A DNA stretch of 64,000 nucleotides. It comes from Dictyostelium discoideum. Taxonomy: Eukaryota. The position numbers and the translations under genes were made by a program. Numbering within the stretch: position 1 is the stretch's first letter; each line of letters begins with the position of its first letter. Location: positions 1,248,001 through 1,312,000 of the forward strand of contig CM000155.2 of NCBI GenBank assembly GCA_000004695.1. Direction: 5' to 3'. Shown in pieces: positions 51,878 to 64,000 of this stretch. The notes beneath the pieces are model-generated. The model worked only from the letters and a program-made list of their open reading frames with translations. It searched no databases and was not told the DNA's origin.

Positions 51878-51890
51878 GTGTATCTTGTAT
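51878..51890 (+). repeat. Target-site duplication (right copy) TTTTCACGTGTAT
   Basis: Exact repeat of 51454..51466. Confidence 0.5.
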
Positions 51891-51952
51891 CCTCTTGATC
51901 GCGGTGCGGTTTTCGACTATTAAACTTTTAATATACTATTAAACATTCAATG

Positions 51953-51969
51953 GGAATCGAACATGCGAT
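51953..51969 (-). promoter_or_regulatory. External B box (exB) downstream of second tRNA-Pro gene
   Basis: GGAATCGAACATGCGAT, identical to 2521..2537, about 27 nt beyond the tRNA 3' end. Confidence 0.55.
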
Positions 51970-51995
51970 ATATTAAAATTTCTTATAAAACGTAT

Positions 51996-52066
51996 GGGGA
52001 GATCCGAGAATCGAACTCAGGACGCTACCACCCAAAGGTAGCATTATACCACTTAACTAATCTCCC
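51996..52066 (-). tRNA. tRNA-Pro (anticodon UGG), second identical copy
   Basis: 71/71 identical to the copy at 2562..2632. Same A box, B box and anticodon loop TTTGGGT. The immediate 5' flank (CTCCCATTTTGATG..TTGATCTTTTTTTGA) is also shared. Confidence 0.85.
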
Positions 52067-52189
52067 ATTTTGATGTTATTGATCTTTTTTTGATCAAAAT
52101 AATCCTTCTCAACAAATCCCCATTTAATGTTTGAAAACAATATCCCAATTAATTTTCCTTTTTTTTAATGAAATTGAAGTTTTATTGAA

Positions 52190-52216
52190 AAATTATACCA
52201 CTTAAATAACCTCCCT
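52190..52216 (-). pseudogene. tRNA 5'-fragment remnant (degenerate copy of the tRNA-Pro 5' end) about 125 nt upstream of the tRNA gene
   Basis: Plus-strand ATTATACCACTTAAATAACCTCCC versus the tRNA gene ATTATACCACTTAACTAATCTCCC (21/24). The nearby short repeats ATTGAAGTTTTAT and GATCGAAGTTTTAT suggest duplication footprints from past element insertions and excisions. Confidence 0.4.
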
Positions 52217-52464
52217 TTTCAATTAGATCGAAGTTTTATCCCAAAAAATCCAAGCTCGTCGAATCCGACAAAAAAAAAAAAAACTATTTCTATTTAGACA
52301 TAAAAAACCAATTTAATTCAATTATCCTTTAATTATAATAATTAAGAAAATAATAAAATACAGATATTGAATTTTTTTTAATAAATATGTTTCTTATTTT
52401 ATTTAAAATTATTTTTTTTTTTTTAAAAAAAAAAAATATAAGCTATTATTATTATTAATATTAT

Positions 52465-53476
52465 TTAATTAATTTCTGGGGTTTTAATTGGATTGAAGAG
52501 AGTATTTTTACCGAACCAACGACCTTTTAACATACCTTCCCAATAAGCGGTTGGGAAAACGTACTTTTTTAAGAACATTGGGAAGTAAGATTCTTTTGAT
52601 TGATCGAATGGAAGGGATTCGTCAACTTCAAAGCCATATTTGAATTCAGCCAAAATGATTTTACTATAAGAGGTAGTGATTGGACAAGAGGTATAACCAT
52701 CATATTTATGGTTCAAAGGTAAACCTAATTTATGATTGATTAAATTACCAACCAATATTGGAGCTTGAGAGGTGATAGCAGCGGCAGTCTTTGAAGTTGG
52801 TAAATTTGAAGTGTCACCCAAAGAGAAGACATTATCATATTTTACATGTTGAAGGGTTCCTTTGTCGACATTGACGAAACCGGTGGCTGGATCAGCAAGT
52901 GGGGAATTCTTAATGACAGAGTGTGGACCCATTGGTGGCACAACATGAATCATATCGTATTTAACGGTTTTATTGCCTTGTGGAGTTTCAAAAACTGCTT
53001 CTTTACTATCACCTTTGATCTCTACTAAATTGTGTGCAAAATTTTGATTTACACCTCTTTCTTTAGCCATTTTATCCAAAACCTCAGAGTATTTCTTCAC
53101 TGGGAACATTGAGGCACCGGCACTGTTGAAATCTAATCTAACCTTATCACGAATACCATGTTTTCTTAAATAGTCGTCACATAACCAAAGGATCTTTTGT
53201 GGTGCGCCACCACATTTAACACCAGTGGTTGGTACTGTAAAGATTGCAACATTACCTGGTTTCAATGATTTAATAAATTCAAATGTCTTTTCACATGAAT
53301 CATATGAATAATTTGATGTTACACCATTCTTTCCTAAATTCTCTTTTAATCCTTTAACTCTATCCCAATATAATTCTAAACCAGTTGATACAACTAAATA
53401 ATCATAATCAATTTCTTTACCATCTTTTGTTAAAACAATATTTTCCTAAAAAAAAAATAAAATAAACATATTAATA

Positions 53477-53525
<49 letters not shown>

Positions 53526-53905
53526 ACTTCTGGTTTAAAAACAGTTACAGAATCTTTAACCCAAGTTGCACCTTTTGGAATGAAATCTTTTTCATCTTTT
53601 TCAGAGTCTTTTCTTGAAAAGATACCACCACCAACTAAAGTCCATAATGGTTGATAGTAATGTTTTTCACTTGGTTCAACGATAACGATATCACCTTTGT
53701 TTTTGAATTTATGTTCTAATTGAGAGGCCACTGAAAGACCACCTGCACCACCACCAACAATAACAATCTTTGTAACATTTTTTAATTTTCTTTTTTCTTT
53801 TTCACTTCCAAGTTGTGATGCTGAAACTACACCATTTGGTAATTTATCTGAACTTGATGTTACTGCTGGGGCAACTGCCAAAGCATACATAATACTTTTA
53901 AACAT
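52465..53905 (-). CDS. sqrdl: Sulfide:quinone oxidoreductase, mitochondrial (SQR/SQOR; FAD-dependent pyridine nucleotide-disulfide oxidoreductase), 2 exons
   Basis: E1 53905..53528 (MFKSIMYALAVAPAVTSSSDKLPN...KIVIVGGGAGGLSVASQL...IVIVEPSEKHYYQPLWTLVGGG...TVFKPE, donor GTAAGT). E2 53445..52465 (acceptor TTTTAG; ENIVLTKDGKEIDYDYLVVSTGLEL...NVAIFTVPTTGVKCGGAPQKILWLCDDYLRKHG...HVVPPMGPH...GDTSNLPTSKTAAAITSQAPILV...YDGYTSCPITTSYSKIILAEFKYG...FDQSKESYFP...*). Near-collinear with human SQOR, including the FTFPNTPVKCAGAPQKI, LPTSKTAAAV and YDGYTSCPLVTGY blocks. The KKKK...YNY tail on the six-frame ORF 53471..53905 is intron read-through. Confidence 0.88.
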
Positions 53906-53915
53906 TTTTAAATTA

Positions 53916-53961
<46 letters not shown>

Positions 53962-54636
53962 AAATATAAAAATGATTTATTAGATATATAATTTATTTGA
54001 AAAAATAATAAATTAAAAAAAAAAAAAAAATAAAAAAAAAAAAAACGTTTAAATAGTTTTTTTTTTTAATAAAAAAACAGAAAAAAATTAAAATTTTAAA
54101 ATGCCGTGACTACATGGAATAAAATCATTGTTCTATAAGATTATTACCTTTTTAATATAAAGCTATAGATAAAATTTTTTCAATATTTTCATAAATTTTT
54201 TAATTTAAAAAAAAAAAAAAAATTAAAAAAAATTAAAAAAATAAAAAAAAATAAAAAAAAAAAAATCAATTTAGAAAATTAATTGAAAACTCAAAATTTT
54301 TGGTCAAATTACATTAATGTTATCTCAAATCAAACAAAAATAAAAAAAAACACTTCTTTTTTTTTTTGTGACTTACTATTTTTTAAAACACACCCATTCT
54401 ATAGAACATGGAATAGTCGTTTTTTTTTTTTTTTTTTATTTTGGCATTGTCTTTCTGTTTTGGCAACATATTACTGTTTTTTTTTTTTTTTCAAAAAATT
54501 TTATGTTTTTTTTTTTATTTTTTATTTTTTATTTTTTATTTTTATTTTTTTATTTTTTATTTTTTTATTTTTTTATTTTTTTTATTTTTATCTTCTTATT
54601 TTTCATTTTTTTTTTTTTTTTTTTTTCTTTCTATTT

Positions 54637-58509
<3,873 letters not shown>

Positions 58510-58675
58510 TTTTATATATCTCTATATCTATATTTAGATATAGTTATAAAAATAGATTTATTTTTTTATTTTTTTATTTTTTATATATGTGAACGTAAAA
58601 AAAAAAAAAAAAAAAAATATTACAACAGTATGGAAATATTTAAAAATAAAATATTATAATCACACCTAAAAATGG

Positions 58676-58720
<45 letters not shown>

Positions 58721-59361
58721 ATAAAAAAAAAAAAAAAAAAATTTTGGTTTTTGCAAAATATCTGCCACAAGGAATTGTTTTTTTTTTTTTTTAATTTTTT
58801 ATTAATAAAAAACTCAATCGATCGATATTTTGTGTAGTTTCATTATTGTTTTTTTTTTTTTTTTAAATAATTAATTTTATAGTCAAAAAAAAAAAACATA
58901 ATTAAATCAATTGAAGATCGTAAATTAATTATATGTGTCAAACAGTTGGCTAATTATTTTTTTTCTTTAAAAAAAAAAAAAAAAACAATGAAAAAAAAAA
59001 TAGCGAGCTTGGTTCGTTAGCTTTCGGATATGTTCGATTTTTTTTTTTTTTTTATTTTTTATTTTTTTTTATTTTTTTTTTTATTTTTTTTTTTTAAAAA
59101 CAACGACATGATCATGTTATAGAAGTGTAAAAAAAAAAAAATTGTAAAAAAAAAAAAAAATAAAATAAAATAAAAATAAAATAAAATAAAATAAAATAAA
59201 AAAAAAATAAAACATGAGGAAAATGACATCTTATTGTAAAAAAAAAAAATATCTTTTTTTTCATTTTGATTAAATGTCTTTGTTTAAAAAATAATATAAA
59301 ATAATAATAATTGAATAATTGAAAAAAAAAAAAAAAATTAATTATTTAATTTTTAGAAATA

Positions 59362-60597
<1,236 letters not shown>

Positions 60598-60685
60598 AAA
60601 AAAAAAAAAAAAAAAAACCCTATTCAATTTTTGTAAATAAAACGCGATAAAGATAACCAACCAAAATAATAATAATAATAATAAC

Positions 60686-60794
<109 letters not shown>

Positions 60795-60879
60795 GGATAA
60801 TTATATTAATTAATCATAAACTATATTTAACTTTTTTTTTTATTTTTTTTTTTTATTTTTTTTTTTTTAATTAAAAAAT

Positions 60880-61130
60880 TTAAAAACCAAAAAATTTTTT
60901 TCCAATGGGAAAATTTTTTAAATCAACTTGTTTTTCAATAAAGGGTTTGGCGGTTTTTTTTAAGGAACCGCCTTACCATAAATAATTTTAAAAATAAGTG
61001 GTTAAAGAATTTTTATTTAACCCGAAAGGGGTGGTTAAAAAATTCATAAATTGGGCATAAGCCCAAGTTTTTGGGGATTTTAAAAAAAAAACATTTATTT
61101 ATAAAAAAAAAAAGGTTTTTAATTTTTTTT
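60880..61130. other. Anomalous low-quality-like sequence block
   Basis: GGGTTTGGCGGTTTTTTTAAGGAACCGCCTTACC, GGGGTGGTTAAAAAATTC, GGGCATAAGCCCAAGTTTTTGGGGATTTT. The composition and homopolymer-doublet style match the 37.55-37.9 kb block and are unlike the surrounding genome. Probably degraded read ends. It lies where the last exon of the GOLGA7-like gene would be expected. Confidence 0.45.
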
Positions 61131-61135
61131 GTTTT

Positions 61136-61157
61136 TTAAAATAAGTTTAAATTTAGG

Positions 61158-61206
<49 letters not shown>

Positions 61207-61757
61207 TTAAAATAATAATACTTACAGAATATTCAACACCTAATCTAGAATATGGAGATTTATTTAAAGAAAATTCGATTCCTTTACTTAAGTAAGGTTC
61301 ACTTGAATTTAATTGGAATAGAATTGTTTTAATTCTTTTTGTAATTTTCTTATAAAATCTTTGATAGATTATTTTATCTACTACATAACATCCAACAGAA
61401 ATTGGAATTCCAATAACTATCATACTTAAGATATCACCTGATACTGAAATTACCTTTTTTTTAAAAATTAAAAAAAAATAAAAAAAAAAGTGAAAATATT
61501 AATTATTTATTTTTTAAAAAATAATAATTAATATATTTATTTATAAATTATACACTTACTCTTAATGTAGATGTTTTCTTTGATCTTATACAGTTTAAAT
61601 TTATATTTTTAATTATTGAATCATATTCATCTGGAGGTATAACACTTCTTAATTCTGGTGGAAAATTTCTTGAGAAACCTTTAAAAGTGCATTTTGTATA
61701 TGGTTTATAGATGGTTTTTTCACCCTTTATTATATGTGATGTTCTTTCATTTTCCAT
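61136..61757 (-). CDS. Golgin A7 / Erf4-like protein (palmitoyltransferase complex subunit family), at least 2 exons; 3' end uncertain
   Basis: E1 61757..61560 (MENERTSHIIKGEKTIYKPYTKCTFKGFSRNFPPELRSVIPPDEYDSIIKNINLNCIRSKKTSTLR, donor GTAAGT). E2 61453..61226 (VISVSGDILSMIVIGIPISVGCYVVDKIIYQRFYKKITKRIKTILFQLNSSEPYLSKGIEFSLNKSPYSRLGVEYS). Either donor GTAAGT at 61225 is used, with the next exon lost in the anomalous block, or read-through ends as ...VSIIILKL(F)15LNLNLF* at 61136. Parallels human GOLGA7 ([44 protein letters not shown]...[42 protein letters not shown]). Confidence 0.5.
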
Positions 61758-61806
61758 TTTAATAAAAAAAAAAAAAATATTTATATATATATATATATAT
61801 AATAAT

Positions 61807-61837
<31 letters not shown>

Positions 61838-62233
61838 GTTCTATTTGTTTATGAGAATTGAAAGGAATTTTTAAAATGTAAAATAAAATCAAATTTATAG
61901 GAAAAAAAAAAAAGTGTAAAAACAAAAAACCAAATCACATCCTCTTTTCAAAACTTTTTTTTTTTTTTTTTTTTTTGTAAGATCTATTACTTTTTTAGTT
62001 TAAATTAAATTTCTTTTTTTTTTTAAAAAAATAAAACAATTCATTTTTTTTTTTTTAAATTTTTTATTTTAAATTTTTTTTTTTTTTATTTTTTTTTTTT
62101 TTTACTATTTTTAGAAATCTTATTTTACTTTTATTTTTTTATTTTATATTTTTTTACCCTTGTCCCTTTAATTTTTTTATTTTATATTTTTTTTTTTTTC
62201 CTATTTTTTATCCTTGTCCCTTAGTATTAAAAT

Positions 62234-62264
<31 letters not shown>

Positions 62265-62823
62265 TAGAAATCCTATATTACTGTAATTTATTTTGTTTGT
62301 ATTATTTTTTTTTTTTTTTTTTTTTTTCTATTTGCAATTTGTTTTTCTTTTTCTTTTTTTTTTTTTCTTTATTTTTTTTATTCCCTTTTCATGTCTTTTT
62401 TTTTTTTTTTCGAAATTTTTATTAAAGTTAAATAAAAAAAAAAAAAAAACAATGAACCATCCTGGGTTTTTATAAATAAAAAAAAAAGTTAATTTTTTTT
62501 TTTAATCAATCACTGGATTTCCCAAAATTTTTAAAATTTTTATATCGGTTTTATTTTTTTTTTTTTTTTTCTTTTTTATTTTATTTTTATTTTTTTTTTT
62601 TTTTTTTTTTGAAATTTAAAAACCCATTTTTTTTTTTTTTTTTTTTTTTTTTTCCAAAAAAAAAAATAATAATAAAAATAATAATAAAAATACTTTTTTA
62701 AAAAAAATTAAAAAAAAAATAGTCTTTTTTAGGGTAAGTAATATTAAAATTATAAAATTTAAATTTAATAATATTATCATTGAAACCTTATTAATTTAAA
62801 AATAAATATTACTATCGGAACCA

Positions 62824-62854
<31 letters not shown>

Positions 62855-63035
62855 TTTTTCAATTTAAAAATCTTTTTTTTAACAATTTTTTCAATTTTTT
62901 TTTTTTATTTTTTTTATTTCAATTTCGCACACAAATTTTTTTTTTTTTTTTTCTTTTGTCCTCATTTTACACACACAAACATACAGCATAAATAGTTTTT
63001 TTTTATTTTTTTTTTTTTACCCTTAACAATTAATT

Positions 63036-63074
<39 letters not shown>

Positions 63075-63187
63075 AAATAATTAAATAATTAACAATTAAT
63101 AAAAAAAAAATAATAAAATAATAGTAAAATTAAAAAATTAAAAAATAACAGTAATTCAGTAAAATATAAAAAAACAAAAAAACCAAA

Positions 63188-64000
63188 ATGAGTGACGATG
63201 AAGATTGGGACGCTGATTTTAGCGATTCTAGTTCATCACAACAAACTAACATGACTTCTTCCCTACAAAGAAAATTAACTATTGGAAATCTTTCAAAAAA
63301 GAAATCCAAATTAGATTTAATGGAGGGGGTCACTAATAATAGTACTACAACTAATAACAACAATAATAATAATAATAATAGTACTGCAACTAATAATAGT
63401 AATAATAATAATAATAATAACAAATTAACATTAAATCCATCATTAAAACCAACAACAGCAACAGCAACAGCAACAGCAACTACACCACCAAATAAATCAC
63501 CAACTATTGCAGCTGTGAAACCAACAACCACCACTACTACAACCACTACTAAAGCAACAGCAACAGCAGCAGTAGCAGCACTAAAACCAATACAAAAATT
63601 TACAGAAGAAGATGATGATGATGATTGGGATAATGAATTAGAGTCACCATCAAAAGGTATATTGCAAAATAGAAAAGAATCAGTTGCAGATGATTGGGAT
63701 GCAGATTTTGGAGAGAGTAGTACAAGTGGTATAGGATCACCAATACAACCACAAATGAAAATTTTAGGTATTAAAGCAGATCCAACAACAAAAACCGAAT
63801 GGGATGATGATTTTGTTTTCAATGATAGTTCAGAATCTGAAAATAAATCAATATTAACTCCAGCTGTAAATATCTTATCAAGAGCTCGTTCAGGTAATCC
63901 AAATATTCAAAATAATTCTGAAAATAAAATATCTCATACAATTACTGAATTATTATCTTTAATATCTTGTATGTATTTTTTTATTTGTAATAAAATAAAA
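63188..64000 (+). CDS. Acidic protein with repeated W-D-x-D-F / DDDWD motifs and T/A/N-rich linkers; N-terminal part, continues beyond right edge
   Basis: ATG at 63188. The frame stays open to the end of the window: MSDDEDWDADFSDSSSSQQTNMTSSLQRKL...TEEDDDDDWDNELESPSKGILQNRKESVADDWDADFGESSTSGIGSPIQPQMKILGIKADPTTKTEWDDDFVFNDSSESENKSILTPAVNILSRARSG... A GTATAT at 63657 could be a donor but the frame is open either way. Not in the supplied ORF table because no stop lies within the window. The antisense six-frame ORF 63130..63822 is an artefact of this gene. Confidence 0.45.
   Translation, partial: MSDDEDWDADFSDSSSSQQTNMTSSLQRKLTIGNLSKKKSKLDLMEGVTNNSTTTNNNNNNNNNSTATNNSNNNNNNNKLTLNPSLKPTTATATATATTPPNKSPTIAAVKPTTTTTTTTTKATATAAVAALKPIQKFTEEDDDDDWDNELESPSKGILQNRKESVADDWDADFGESSTSGIGSPIQPQMKILGIKADPTTKTEWDDDFVFNDSSESENKSILTPAVNILSRARSGNPNIQNNSENKISHTITELLSLISCMYFFICNKIK

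Noticed and set aside
53471-53905. C-terminal [17 protein letters not shown] on the 144-aa ORF
   Set aside because: Read-through of the GTAAGT intron (poly-T on the plus strand). The SQR CDS splices at 53528 to 53445.
63130-63822. 230-aa minus-strand ORF rich in V/L/A runs
   Set aside because: Antisense of the plus-strand acidic-protein gene (63188..). The V/L runs come from the reverse complement of ACA/GCA/AAT codon repeats. The plus-strand frame has a proper ATG, coherent motifs and stays open.

Overview
The window is extremely AT-rich (about 78% A+T) nuclear DNA. Poly-N/poly-Q codon runs, short GTAAGT...(T)nAG introns and tRNA-targeted non-LTR retrotransposons identify it as Dictyostelium discoideum-like (social amoeba) chromosome sequence. 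It is not prokaryotic, so operon, CRISPR and defence-island searches do not apply. I derived about 25 protein-coding genes by reading frames and splice sites by hand. On the minus strand from the left end: Bub3 (partial), a hisactophilin paralog, EIF1AD, an IF1-like ATPase inhibitor, a 750-aa vWA + IRG-like P-loop GTPase + ubiquitin-like protein, a SMYD SET/MYND protein and a PIP kinase. On the plus strand: an N/Q-rich protein, a five-exon LAMTOR1/p18 homolog and a frizzled/smoothened-like 7TM protein. Then a KCTD-type BTB protein, a polytopic membrane protein, an ArfGAP, a BSDC1-like BSD protein, an FHA protein and an unplaced multi-exon gene. Further right are alpha-kinase 1 (ArfGAP + alpha-kinase with a very long poly-Q tract), Cdc7 kinase, sulfide:quinone oxidoreductase, a roughly 1290-aa hypothetical protein, a PIG-H-like gene, a GOLGA7/Erf4-like gene and an acidic WDxDF-motif protein that runs off the right edge. 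There are two identical tRNA-Pro(UGG) genes with external B boxes. The second has TRE3-type retrotransposon copies downstream: one 5'-truncated copy flanked by a 13-bp target-site duplication, and a second copy interrupted by a 100-N assembly gap. Two stretches (about 37.55-37.9 kb and 60.88-61.13 kb) have G/C homopolymer smears atypical for this genome. They look like low-quality sequence and damage two gene models. Most six-frame ORFs supplied are translations of A/T homopolymers, (AAT)n tracts or antisense strands of real genes and were rejected. Domain calls rest on motif recognition from memory and splice sites were placed by eye. Coordinates of internal exon boundaries may be off by a few bases.
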